DNA from: Bdellovibrionales bacterium | Lineage (GTDB): Bacteria; Bdellovibrionota; Bdellovibrionia; Bdellovibrionales; JAMPXM01 | Reading direction: 5' to 3' | Assembly (NCBI GenBank): GCA_043739185.1 | Contig: JAYUEN010000356.1 | Coordinates: forward strand, 1-36,030 | DNA length: 36,030 nt | Part shown: piece after piece, positions 18,515-28,135 of the stretch | Position numbering within the stretch: the first letter of the stretch is position 1 | Layout: each line of letters begins with the position of its first letter | The notes under the pieces: generated by a model | Told to the model about the DNA's origin: nothing | The model's database searches: none | What the model saw: the letters and a program-made list of their open reading frames with translations, nothing else | Position numbers and translations under genes: made by a program

Positions 18515-20302
18515 GTGCATAAATTCAGAACGTCATTGGTGCTCAGTATTGGTCTATGCATCTTAAGTGCGAGCGCATTTGCTGTCGAATTTGTGCCCGG
18601 AGAAGTGATCGTAAAATTACGAGCTCAGCCCAATTCTGTTGAAGCCAATGCATTTGTTGGGCGCGCAGTTACTTCACATCGCATGGCTTTGAAGGCCTCA
18701 TTTGAAGGCTTGAATATTCACCATTTCAAACTGCATCCGAGTCAAAATCTTGATAGTGTGCTCAATCAACTCAATCAAGACCCTGCAGTCGAGTTTGCTG
18801 AGCCTAATTATATAGTGCATTCGCAGTCAGCCACTTCTCAAACATCAGCTCCAATTCAGCTTCAAAATGAATGGAATAGCTTAACCCCAGGGCTCGCGCC
18901 CGTGATTGTTGCTATAGTTGATACCGGACTTGATTTGAATCATCCCGTGTTCACCGGTTCAAATGCTATTTGGGTTAATTCAGGGGAAATTGCCGGCAAT
19001 GGTATTGACGATGATAAAAACGGATATGTAGATGATGTTCATGGTTACAATTTCGCCTACGGAACTTCAACTCCAACCGATGATGAAGGCCATGGTACCC
19101 ACTGTGCAGGAATAGTTTTGGGGACCAGTCAAGACGTCACCTCTGGTTCTCTGCAAGCCGCAAAAATTAAAATTATGCCTTTGAAATTTTTAGATTCTTC
19201 GGGCTCAGGTAGCACAGCCAATGCCATTAGTGCCATCAATTATGCCGTCAATATGGGAGCTAAAGTCATTAGCAATTCATGGGGTGGAGGAAGTCCCTCG
19301 GACAGTTTGCTACAGGCCATTGCCTATGCTTATCAAAATAAAGTTTTATTTGTAGCTGCGGCCGGAAATAGCGGGACCAACAATGACGTAACACCAACTT
19401 ATCCTGCAAATTATAATGTTCCGAATGTGGTTTCAGTCGCTGCCACCACCAGTGGAGACGTCAAAGCTAGTTTTTCAAATTACGGAGCAAGTACTGTCAG
19501 CTTAGCAGCTCCTGGAGTTGGTATATATAGTACATTTATCGGCAATACTTGGGCAACAATGTCAGGTACGAGCATGGCCACACCATTCGTAGCTGGTATT
19601 GCTGCCTTGATGCTCAGAGAAAATTCAAATATGAGCGCTTATCAATTGAAAACTGTGTTACTAGGCGCCGTCGATTCTATTAGCGGTCTTTCAGGAACAG
19701 TATCGACTCACGGAAGACTCAATGCCTACAATTCAATTCTTGCTGCAAAAAATGTCGTCGCGAGTTCTTCGCAGCCAGCTTATGCCGCTGCTTCGGCACG
19801 CGGTCCTGCAAGTGATTCGGGTAGTGGCGGCTGCGGGCGAGTCGAAAATGTCAATGAGCCAATTTGGCATACAATGAGTTCGGATAAAAATATGCCTCCT
19901 CCTCACAATAAAATGGGGCTTATCATCTTTATGATGGTGGTCACACTCCCGCTGGCTCTTGCTGTAGGAATGAGATTCAGATCGCCGAAATCTAAACGTA
20001 AGTACGATCGCTTCATGATCAATAGCGAAGTAAAAGTGAAACTTGGCGACCGTGAACTAGTCGGGCAAGTGAGCACAATTTCTCTCGGAGGTTTGCAACT
20101 CAATGCCGACACAATGCTCGAAAAGGGCGGATCGGTATCTCTCATGATCACCGGACCTGACGGGGTTGAGCAAATACAAGTTGAAGGTCGCGTTGTTTGG
20201 AGCGAAGAACACAAACACTACGGAGTGCAATTCGCCAACGCCGAAACCAGCGTCCTCAATTCAATCGCAAGTTGGACAAGAGGATTGATGAAGGCCTCAT
20301 AA
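18515..20302 (+). CDS. S8 subtilisin-like serine protease with C-terminal TM helix and PilZ domain
   Basis: Signal peptide, prodomain (AEPNY), IVDTG/HGTHCAG/GTSMATP triad, GGCG, TM helix, RKYDR..TISLGG..GRVVW..YGVQF. Confidence 0.9.
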   Translation: MHKFRTSLVLSIGLCILSASAFAVEFVPGEVIVKLRAQPNSVEANAFVGRAVTSHRMALKASFEGLNIHHFKLHPSQNLDSVLNQLNQDPAVEFAEPNYIVHSQSATSQTSAPIQLQNEWNSLTPGLAPVIVAIVDTGLDLNHPVFTGSNAIWVNSGEIAGNGIDDDKNGYVDDVHGYNFAYGTSTPTDDEGHGTHCAGIVLGTSQDVTSGSLQAAKIKIMPLKFLDSSGSGSTANAISAINYAVNMGAKVISNSWGGGSPSDSLLQAIAYAYQNKVLFVAAAGNSGTNNDVTPTYPANYNVPNVVSVAATTSGDVKASFSNYGASTVSLAAPGVGIYSTFIGNTWATMSGTSMATPFVAGIAALMLRENSNMSAYQLKTVLLGAVDSISGLSGTVSTHGRLNAYNSILAAKNVVASSSQPAYAAASARGPASDSGSGGCGRVENVNEPIWHTMSSDKNMPPPHNKMGLIIFMMVVTLPLALAVGMRFRSPKSKRKYDRFMINSEVKVKLGDRELVGQVSTISLGGLQLNADTMLEKGGSVSLMITGPDGVEQIQVEGRVVWSEEHKHYGVQFANAETSVLNSIASWTRGLMKAS

Positions 20303-20358
20303 TATAGTGGGGCTTGATTTGTAGCGGGATATGCATTGTAAGCATGAAAAACCAAATA

Positions 20359-20493
20359 CATTGACGGAGACTGTGTAGCTCTTTTTGCAACCGATGTGCG
20401 GGGTCAACGATTTACACCCGCTTGTTTGGGGCCAATGGGATTTGTCTCATAGTCTTTAGCCTGCGTCGATGGGATAGGGTAAGGCGCCTACCC
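20359..20493. other. Structured non-coding region at the 3' flank of the Y1 transposase
   Basis: CATTGACG/CGTCGATG, GAGACTGTG/CATAGTCTT, inner GCGGG..CCCGC hairpin, and GGGTA-AGGCGCC-TACCC spanning the stop codon. Confidence 0.5.
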
Positions 20494-21015
20494 CGAATAA
20501 TTTTTGACAATATTAATCGCATAGGCTCGGGCCCAGCCATAACCTTCAAATTGATTGATCCTTATATAATCCTTCAGATTCAAAAATTCCCTAAAGCTCG
20601 TGATGACTCTGGTAAATGGCCGATAATTCCAAAAATGTTTGTTGAGTTTTTTCTTACGACTCACTTTAGTAACCGTCATCACAATTGCCGAACTAATCGC
20701 TCTGATAAATTTTTTATAAGTATAACGATTCGATAATTTTATCTGAAAGTGCAAATGGTTACCAACATTCGCCATCGAAAGCACCTTCACCCCGTATTTA
20801 TACGAGAACTTCGAAATAATCTTGGCAATGTTCTTGCGGTTTTCCTGACGTGCGAACGACCATTCTCCCACGGCTTGAGTTGAACGCATTGTGAGATGCA
20901 TTGTATGTTTGGTGGCGAGCGGTCTCGGTCCCTGACGAGCTTTTCTCTTATTAAGTAAGTCACCGCCATAAGCTTTCGGCTGATCTTTTAGGAATTTGGT
21001 TTGTGGATTTTTCAT
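20488..21015 (-). mobile_element. IS200/RAYT-like Y1 HUH tyrosine transposase (solo; no tnpB)
   Basis: HLTMRS, GNHLHF (HUH), FWNYRPFTR, catalytic-type DYIRIN. Confidence 0.8.
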
Positions 21016-21074
21016 TCTTGCCGTAACTTAGTGAGCGAAGGTTAAAAGATCAAGTTTTTTTTGGGATTAAATAT

Positions 21075-21112
21075 TCAGGTTCGAAGTGCAATGATATTTT
21101 GTTCGAATTTGA
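21075..21112. other. Hairpin at the 5' flank of the Y1 transposase
   Basis: TCAGGTTCGAA...TTCGAATTTGA, 11-bp stem with two G-T pairs. Confidence 0.4.
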
Positions 21113-21288
21113 GGTAGGAAGCTGCCGCTCAATAATGTGTCAAGAAACCAATGAATTTTCTTTGTCATCTATCGAACAAATTTAGCTTCTCGGTTGATTG
21201 AACTCTTTATCAATTTGAATTTTAATATTAAAAGATGACTTTTTTTGAGATTCTGGTAAAAAGGAAAAAGTAAAAAAAAGGAAATCAA

Positions 21289-21561
21289 ATGAAGTTTGTT
21301 TCGCCCGTAATGTTTTTATTTTTAGTTGGCTGTGCGACTCTCGATAAGAACGGAGAAAAAGTTCAAATAGTATCGAGTGTTGATAAGAACTGTAAAAATT
21401 TAGGACCCGTAAATGTAAGTATCACTGGGATGGGGCTTGCTTCTGAGAGCCAGAATGTACTTCGCAATAACGCGGCAGAAATTGGTGGGAATACTCTTAT
21501 TCAAAATGGCGAGAGCTCAGGAATAGCCTACTTTTGCCCGCCAGGCTCAAACTCAAATTGA
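21289..21561 (+). CDS. Small lipoprotein, DUF4156-like
   Basis: Lipobox LVGC, CKNLGPV, LRNNAAEIGGNT, AYFCP. Confidence 0.75.
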   Translation: MKFVSPVMFLFLVGCATLDKNGEKVQIVSSVDKNCKNLGPVNVSITGMGLASESQNVLRNNAAEIGGNTLIQNGESSGIAYFCPPGSNSN

Positions 21562-21719
21562 ATTGAGAACTGCTGTAAAGGACTCGCCCAATTCAAGCTT
21601 TTTTTGGCCTTTGATATGTAGTAAATTCAGAGAGTTCAAATTCCGGTCAATCATATTTGCCTTGACCCGGGCATTACGATTGCAAAGTTTTAGGAAAAAC
21701 AGATTGACCAGGAGCCACC

Positions 21720-22226
21720 ATGAACCCAAAATTTACAAAAATAGTTTTCACATTGTCCTTGACTGTATTTTTTTTCAGTCCGAATTTAAGAGCGAGCTGT
21801 TCTATGTCGACCGAAATCATTGGTGATTGTTTAGTTTCAAATGGGGATATCTTTACCCTTACGAGCCGTCCTGAATGTGGATATGACAAATACAAAGAAT
21901 TCTCAAAAGTAGATGCGAATCAGAGTTTAGGTGCTAAAGATAATACCAAACTTAAACAAACTACTTACCAATTCGAAAGAAATATCGTCGAACTTCCAGA
22001 CTTGGTCACAAAAGGAATAAATGATATTTGGGAAGATCTTCATTTTAAAGAGGGTGTTATTTACGAAATGCCAGGTCAAACTCGAGCCGCAAAGGAAATA
22101 GAGATCAAAAGAATCAATAATGAAGCCCGTGCGAAAAGTGTGGATGGCGGCAAGGTTTATGTTGTTGAAAAAGGTAAAAAGCGGCAACTTATAGGCTCCT
22201 TGAGCTGCAAAATTGCAAATGAGTGA
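21720..22226 (+). CDS. Secreted hypothetical protein
   Basis: AGGAG RBS, signal peptide, 4 Cys. Confidence 0.65.
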   Translation: MNPKFTKIVFTLSLTVFFFSPNLRASCSMSTEIIGDCLVSNGDIFTLTSRPECGYDKYKEFSKVDANQSLGAKDNTKLKQTTYQFERNIVELPDLVTKGINDIWEDLHFKEGVIYEMPGQTRAAKEIEIKRINNEARAKSVDGGKVYVVEKGKKRQLIGSLSCKIANE

Positions 22227-22297
22227 ATCTTCTAGTACAAAGCATAAGTATTCGGCTAAGATCTAACTCAATTAACACGATTCAAAATGAGATTGAT

Positions 22298-22678
22298 ATG
22301 CTTCGCTTTATAAAGAAATTTTCGCTGATGTTGGCTTTGGTCATTTTTATTTGTGGTTCGGGCTATATTTTAGTCCAGTATTACTCACTGATTTTTTCAA
22401 AAACTGTAAAAGGCAAAGCCATTAAGGTGAGCAAGGTAAATGATACGATTGCGGTCATGGGTAGTGGCGCAGTCAATTCGCAAATTTACTCATTTGCTGT
22501 CGCCATCAAAACTCCAGAGGGAGTGATTTATACTTCGAGCACTGAGGACCGGCAGTGGGCGGCGGTGACTGAGGGATTTTGCGTCGAAGCTAGACTTTAT
22601 CCCTATCCACCTTGGAATTTTGAAAAAGCCGATACCTATTACAATGCAAGACTTCTGCATATGATGGATTGCATTTAA
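22298..22678 (+). CDS. Membrane-anchored hypothetical protein
   Basis: N-terminal TM followed by beta-rich DRQWA..CVEARLYPYPPW region; start moved to ATG 22298. Confidence 0.7.
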   Translation: MLRFIKKFSLMLALVIFICGSGYILVQYYSLIFSKTVKGKAIKVSKVNDTIAVMGSGAVNSQIYSFAVAIKTPEGVIYTSSTEDRQWAAVTEGFCVEARLYPYPPWNFEKADTYYNARLLHMMDCI

Positions 22679-22817
22679 GAGTTTAATTTAAGTTGATCCT
22701 TAATATAGAGTCAATTTATCGCAAATCTTGAGCTGGCCTCGACTCGATGTCTTAATGAGATTCAATAATTTAAAATTGAGATTAATCATTTTCTTTGAAA
22801 TTCCGAAGAATATTGAG

Positions 22818-23609
22818 ATGACACCTGCTAAGGAAATGAAAGCCAAAATAATAGAGTTGGATGCTTGTCCAAAACATCCCGTAGATCGTGATACGATTAC
22901 GATTGCTCGTGATTTTGAGCCTCGTCAAGTTGTGCAGCTTGCTGTTGAAAATGGCGCCCTACATATTGTGCAAAAAAATTCGAGATCTCTCAATCATGAA
23001 CTTCAGGTCGCTGATGCGATGATGTTTAAGTCGCATGAATTTCTCGCCAATCCTTTGGCATTTCTTTTAGATCAAAATTCAAAGTCTCACTTTCGGGTAG
23101 ACTGCGAAGCCACGACAAATAAAAAAGAACCGCTTGAAAAGTTAGAACAATTTATTCAGGCTCAACCGGGTTCAAAAGCAATTGTGAGTGAAGTGATTTC
23201 TTCAACTGAAGAAATTTTCACCAATGCTTCAAAAAATACTGGCACCTTTTATAAACGCTTAGAAAATGTGAATCCATCGCAGGCACCAAAGCAAGGTTCA
23301 ATTAGTTTGGTGGCGGGGACGACACCTGATACTCTTGTCGTTGGCTGCATAGATAGCTTTGGACTTCTCAATGTTCAGGCTCTCATGACCAAAGTACTTG
23401 CTTGCTATGACAAGGGTGTGGCTAAATCGATAAATATGGGAGCTGGCGGCGCCGGCATTGGCACCTTCTTGGTATTTAGTTTTGCCATGAATATGTATAT
23501 CGCAGTAGAGAAAAATAAAAAGACCGCAGTTTTTTGCTCCTATCCGCTTGGGATGAGAGCTAAAGAGTTTGAGCTTTTACCGAAGAATTTGCACTTGATG
23601 TCAATTTGA
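22818..23609 (+). CDS. RsbW/SpoIIAB-like HATPase (anti-sigma kinase) with degenerate receiver-like N-terminus
   Basis: EEIFTNA (N box), IDSFG (G1), GAGIGTFLV (G2); start uncertain. Confidence 0.6.
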   Translation: MTPAKEMKAKIIELDACPKHPVDRDTITIARDFEPRQVVQLAVENGALHIVQKNSRSLNHELQVADAMMFKSHEFLANPLAFLLDQNSKSHFRVDCEATTNKKEPLEKLEQFIQAQPGSKAIVSEVISSTEEIFTNASKNTGTFYKRLENVNPSQAPKQGSISLVAGTTPDTLVVGCIDSFGLLNVQALMTKVLACYDKGVAKSINMGAGGAGIGTFLVFSFAMNMYIAVEKNKKTAVFCSYPLGMRAKEFELLPKNLHLMSI

Positions 23610-23633
23610 TTAGTTTGATTTTGGAGACGAATA

Positions 23634-24143
23634 ATGTCGAGTTTTAATGTAGTTCAAAATTCAAATGGCGCAGAACTTGAGCTCATTTTATCGGGCACGA
23701 TTGATGAAGACGTTCAGTTTCCGGCTTTAAATTTGTCTGCGACTAAACAAATAGTTTTCAATTTAAAAGATGTGAAGTCAATTAACTCGGTTGGCATTCG
23801 TGAGTGGCTCAATTGGATTAAGGGTCTTTCCGAAAAGTGTCAAATTGTGATGAAAAATTGTCCTAAGACTTTGGTTTTTCAATTCAATATGGTTGAAGGC
23901 TTTTTGCCTAAAGGGACCAAAGTTACTTCTTTATATGTTCCGTTTTTCTGCGAGAAATGTGACTTAGAAGAAAATATGCTCTTTCAGGTAGGGCAAGAAA
24001 TCAAAGTGAAGAATGGTGCGGTCCAACTCGACTTTGATTTAAATAAAATCAAACCATGCAAAGTGAATGTCGCTGAATGCGAGCTCAAAATCGACGTCAC
24101 AGAGTCGAAATACTTTCACTTTTTAAAGCGAAGTATCGACTGA
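23634..24143 (+). CDS. STAS-like (anti-anti-sigma) protein with C-terminal Cys cluster
   Basis: LSGTIDE, INSVGIREW, NCP, PFFCEKC..PC..EC; GGAG RBS. Confidence 0.7.
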   Translation: MSSFNVVQNSNGAELELILSGTIDEDVQFPALNLSATKQIVFNLKDVKSINSVGIREWLNWIKGLSEKCQIVMKNCPKTLVFQFNMVEGFLPKGTKVTSLYVPFFCEKCDLEENMLFQVGQEIKVKNGAVQLDFDLNKIKPCKVNVAECELKIDVTESKYFHFLKRSID

Positions 24144-24613
24144 TTGGCCTTTGATACTTTCTTTTTTTGTTTCTTCTGAAAATGCTGCAATTTTTTCACC
24201 AAAGTCTTATCTGATAAAGCAAGAATTCGAACTGCTAATAATCCCGCATTGAATGCATTGTCAACGGCTACACATGCAACCGGAACACCCTTTGGCATTT
24301 GAGCGATGGATAAGAGTGCGTCTAGGCCACCAAGTTTAGTGGTGATAACAGGTACGCCAATAACCGGCAGGCTAGTACTTGAAGCAATCATTCCAGGGAG
24401 ATGTGCGGCTCCGCCGGCGCCAGCAATGATGACATGAAAATTATTTTGTGCCGCTTCAGTTGCAAACCTTTGCATTTCAACTGGCGTGCGATGAGCAGAG
24501 ACCACTTGCATTTTATAATCGACTCCAAATTCCTTAAGCGCAACTCCAGCCTGCTTCATAATTTTCAAATCACTTTCGCTTCCCATCACAATGGCCACTT
24601 TTGGATTTTTCAT
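24116..24613 (-). CDS. purE: N5-CAIR mutase
   Basis: MGSESD, SAHRTP, AGAGGAAHLPGM, QMPKGVPVA; ATGA overlap with purK. Confidence 0.95.
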   Translation of the reverse strand: MKNPKVAIVMGSESDLKIMKQAGVALKEFGVDYKMQVVSAHRTPVEMQRFATEAAQNNFHVIIAGAGGAAHLPGMIASSTSLPVIGVPVITTKLGGLDALLSIAQMPKGVPVACVAVDNAFNAGLLAVRILALSDKTLVKKLQHFQKKQKKKVSKANQSILRFKK

Positions 24614-25728
24614 TTTTTCTCCGCAGTCTTGAGGTGTCCGCATTTTAAAATTTTATTCAAAGCCGAATCTGGCAGGCTTGCAAGTGCCGTGATATGACCC
24701 ATTTTCCTGCCTGGCCGAGCTTCTTCTTTACCATACCAGTGATAGTGAAGATTCTGATTGCTCCAATTGGGATTCCAAGTATCGCCGATTAAATTATACA
24801 TGGCAAAGGCCTTTGATTTCGAATCATTTTGCTTCGGAAATTTAAGGCCAGCTACCGCCATAATATGAAGTAAAAATTGATCATGAGTAAAAGCGTCTAA
24901 TGAATAGTGACCAGAGTTGTGTACCCTCGGCGCCAATTCATTGACTAGGAGTTCCTTTCCGCAGTCGAAAAGTTCGATTCCCATGATGCCAACGTAATTC
25001 AATTTTTTTAGAAACTTTTTAAATTGCCCCTGCAATTTATTAAAGCCTGGATGACTTACGGGTCCTTTTATCCAAAGACACTTTGAATCATTTTGGTGGC
25101 TCTCGACTAGAGGTAAACTCACTATATTTCCAAATTGATCTCTTGCCATCATGAAAGCCAATTCTCTTCTAAATTTAATTTTGGCTTCAGCGATATAAGC
25201 GTCAGCAAAAGGCTTTTCAAAAATGGCAGCTAGTTGAGATTGAGAATGAATAACAAAGGTACCATAGCCGTCATATCCAAAACGACACTTTTTTAAAATC
25301 ATATCTGTTTTAAGACTTGCTAAAACCTCTTCGGCTTGATGCTGGTGTTCAACAAAAATCCAGGGGACAACACTTATTCCCATTTCATCTAAGAGCATTT
25401 TTTGGCTATTGCGGTTTTGCAAACGGCCCATGATTTGGGGCGCAGGGTATAGGCTCTTTTTTGAGAATTGACTGGCAAGTTTCAGTTTTTCAGCATCTAA
25501 AAACTCACTCTCAAAGGTGGCAAAATCAACGTTCTCTAAGAAAGACTTAAGGGTCCCAATATCGTGAACATCGCCTTCGACCCAAAATTTGGTCACCTGG
25601 GCTGCAGGATCTGTAGCTGAGCCTGAGAGAATATAAGCTTGATAGCCGATTTGATGACACTTGAGCGCAAGCATTCTGGCGAGCTGGCCGCCGCCTATGA
25701 TTCCGAATTTCTTTTGCCGGGTATGCAT
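24610..25728 (-). CDS. purK: N5-CAIR synthetase
   Basis: GGGQLARM, GYDGYG, NELAPRVHNSGH, WYGK..RPGRKMGH. Confidence 0.95.
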   Translation of the reverse strand: MHTRQKKFGIIGGGQLARMLALKCHQIGYQAYILSGSATDPAAQVTKFWVEGDVHDIGTLKSFLENVDFATFESEFLDAEKLKLASQFSKKSLYPAPQIMGRLQNRNSQKMLLDEMGISVVPWIFVEHQHQAEEVLASLKTDMILKKCRFGYDGYGTFVIHSQSQLAAIFEKPFADAYIAEAKIKFRRELAFMMARDQFGNIVSLPLVESHQNDSKCLWIKGPVSHPGFNKLQGQFKKFLKKLNYVGIMGIELFDCGKELLVNELAPRVHNSGHYSLDAFTHDQFLLHIMAVAGLKFPKQNDSKSKAFAMYNLIGDTWNPNWSNQNLHYHWYGKEEARPGRKMGHITALASLPDSALNKILKCGHLKTAEKK

Positions 25729-25757
25729 CTTATTATTTCTTTGACAGCTTTTGCTCG

Positions 25758-26861
25758 ATGGGTCAAGACTTGGCCCCTATGCCCCCCAAAGATTTATCAA
25801 ATGACAAAAAGCCAAACCTACTTCCCAAGCTCGGAGATGCTGTAGTTAATTTTGATTTATGCTTGGCGCCCATGGTTGGGCTAAGTCATGTGGCACTTCG
25901 TGAATTGTGTTACGGTTATATGCCACAAGGAGCACATAGCATCTGGCCAACCGAGATGCTCAATTCAAGAAGATTGCCTTCTGAAAAGCTTGGGCAAACT
26001 CCAGAGACTGCAAAACATTTAAATGATGAAAATTTGGTGCCGCAAATCTTAGGGAATGAAGAGTCTTTCATTTCACAATCTATTGAAAAGCTAAAGGCTT
26101 GGGGTGCAGTTGCAATTGATATTAATATGGGTTGCCCGGTCGAAAAGGCCTTGAAGCATAATTACGGGGTGGCACTCATGGGTGACGCCCATTACGCCTC
26201 CGAAGTGGTGCGCATGAGTGTGCGCAGCTCAGGCCTACCGGTTTCAGTAAAATTGCGAGCTGTTGAAGAGAGCGAGTCAAATAAATTACTCGATTTTATT
26301 AAAGGGATTGAAGAAGCAGGTGCTAGTTGGATCACGCTTCACCCAAGAACAGCTGCGCAAAAGCGTCGTGGGCAAGCGGACTGGCAACAAATTGCAGAAA
26401 TCAGTTCGCGCATTAAAATACCAATTATAGGAAACGGCGATATTCAAACTTGTGATGATATACTGCGCATGAAAAGTGAGACCAATTGTCAAATGGTGAT
26501 GGCGGGAAGGGCTTTGACTGCAAGGCCTTGGCTCTTTTGGCAATTGGGTGAGCTACAGGGATTTTCAGCTCCTGCCGATAAAGCGGGAGAGCGTGCTCCA
26601 AGAACTGCACTAGAAGAAGGTGCTGAGTATGGCAAAGCCCTTAAAAAAATGGCTGAGCTTTGCGAAAAGTATTTTGGAGAAAATCTAGGCTTAAGAAAAT
26701 TTCGATTTTTCGTAAAAACCGGCTGTCCGTGGCTGCTATTTGGTCATCAACTCTATGCGCTTATGACAAAGGCAAAAACTTTTAAAGAAGTGCAAGAGTA
26801 TCTCAATCACTTTTTTGATCAAGAGCAAGAAATGACTGCCCGAACTGAACTTAGGCAATAG
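25758..26861 (+). CDS. tRNA-dihydrouridine synthase family protein (start uncertain)
   Basis: LAPMVG, DINMGCP, SVKLR, LHPRT, GNGDI, AGR. Confidence 0.88.
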   Translation: MGQDLAPMPPKDLSNDKKPNLLPKLGDAVVNFDLCLAPMVGLSHVALRELCYGYMPQGAHSIWPTEMLNSRRLPSEKLGQTPETAKHLNDENLVPQILGNEESFISQSIEKLKAWGAVAIDINMGCPVEKALKHNYGVALMGDAHYASEVVRMSVRSSGLPVSVKLRAVEESESNKLLDFIKGIEEAGASWITLHPRTAAQKRRGQADWQQIAEISSRIKIPIIGNGDIQTCDDILRMKSETNCQMVMAGRALTARPWLFWQLGELQGFSAPADKAGERAPRTALEEGAEYGKALKKMAELCEKYFGENLGLRKFRFFVKTGCPWLLFGHQLYALMTKAKTFKEVQEYLNHFFDQEQEMTARTELRQ

Positions 26862-26870
26862 TCCTAAATT

Positions 26871-27122
26871 TTATTTCAGCAAAGGATCGAGTTGATCTTG
26901 ATTATTGAGAGCTGAGAGTTCGCTGAAGCCACCAATTAATTTATCATTGATAAAAATCATAGGCACTGTCATATGCCCAGTTTTTCTTTTGAGTTGATCG
27001 AGTTCTTCAGGTTTTCCTTCTAAATTTATTTCTTCGAAAACAATGCCTTTTTGATTGAGTAGATTTTTTGCTCGCACACAAAAAGGACAATTGTTTTTTG
27101 AATACATGACGACTTTTGCCAT
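26871..27122 (-). CDS. grxC: Glutaredoxin (GrxC-like)
   Basis: CPFC, TVP, IGGF. Confidence 0.9.
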   Translation of the reverse strand: MAKVVMYSKNNCPFCVRAKNLLNQKGIVFEEINLEGKPEELDQLKRKTGHMTVPMIFINDKLIGGFSELSALNNQDQLDPLLK

Positions 27123-27139
27123 AGTTACCCCTTTAAGCT

Positions 27140-28135
27140 TTAGATTATGGCGCCGAGTTGAGTCCTGAGCAACTCAATATTGTCACATAGTTTGATTTGA
27201 TCAAATAGGGGGGTGGCCTCTGGATAGTGACGTCTAAATTGTTTGAGCCATTGCTTGGCTCTTGCAACAGCGAAGCTGCCTGATTTCTTCTGTTCTGAAA
27301 GAGAAATGAATTCACGATAAAAATTCAATATTTCGCTCCAATTCAAATCAGGGCTTAATTCTCGCCTTAGCTCTTCAGCAGTGTCGTCAGAGGAATTCAT
27401 CTCGGCTTGAATTTTTTTGGCCAAGGCTGGGTTTGCAATCAGGCCGCGACCGAGCATAAAACTACTGCAGCCACTGACTTGCTGGCAGGCTCGAAAATCT
27501 TCTAAGCTCCAGATTTCACCGTTTGCGACTACCGGAATGTGCAAGGCTTCGCGAATTTTTGCGATATATTCCCAATGGGCAGGGGGAACATAAGCCTCAT
27601 CTCGGGTGCGGGCATGAACTGTCAGAAATTGCGCTCCACCAGATTCAGCAGCATGAGCGATCTCTAAAAAGCGTGATTTGTCATGAAAGCCTAGTCGAAT
27701 TTTTGCTGAAACGCCATGAGTTTTGGGTACAGCATTTCGAACCGCTCGAACGATATGAAATATTCTCTCGGGATCTTTTAAAAGACTGGCGCCGCCATCG
27801 TTACGATTGACGGTCTTAGCAGGGCAACCAAAATTGAGATCTATGCCCAAAGCTCCCATTTGAATCGCGCGCTCCGCATTTGCGGCCAGCATTTCGCAGT
27901 TGCTTCCGAGAAGTTGAACGAGAAGTGGTGTTCCCGCAGGTGTTCTTGATGATGTTTGAAGTTCGGGGGCATATTTTAAGAAGACATGGTGGGGAATGAG
28001 TTGATCGGTCACTCTTATAAACTCAGTCACGCAAAGATCTATGCCCCCAATGCGGGTCAAAATATCACGCATGATCGAGTCGACGACCCCTTCCATCGGA
28101 GCGAGAATTATTTTTACTTTAGCGAGATCAATCAA
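27140..28135 (-). CDS. dusC: tRNA-dihydrouridine synthase, DusC-like
   Basis: LAPMEGV, VTEFIRV, DLNFGCPAKTV, VHART, ANGEIW. Confidence 0.85.
   Translation of the reverse strand: MIDLAKVKIILAPMEGVVDSIMRDILTRIGGIDLCVTEFIRVTDQLIPHHVFLKYAPELQTSSRTPAGTPLLVQLLGSNCEMLAANAERAIQMGALGIDLNFGCPAKTVNRNDGGASLLKDPERIFHIVRAVRNAVPKTHGVSAKIRLGFHDKSRFLEIAHAAESGGAQFLTVHARTRDEAYVPPAHWEYIAKIREALHIPVVANGEIWSLEDFRACQQVSGCSSFMLGRGLIANPALAKKIQAEMNSSDDTAEELRRELSPDLNWSEILNFYREFISLSEQKKSGSFAVARAKQWLKQFRRHYPEATPLFDQIKLCDNIELLRTQLGAII

Noticed and set aside
20422..21895. Shadow ORFs 20422..20736, 20787..20969, 21563..21826 and 21674..21895
   Set aside because: They overlap better-supported genes and have no recognisable motifs; the same applies to other short antisense ORFs in the track
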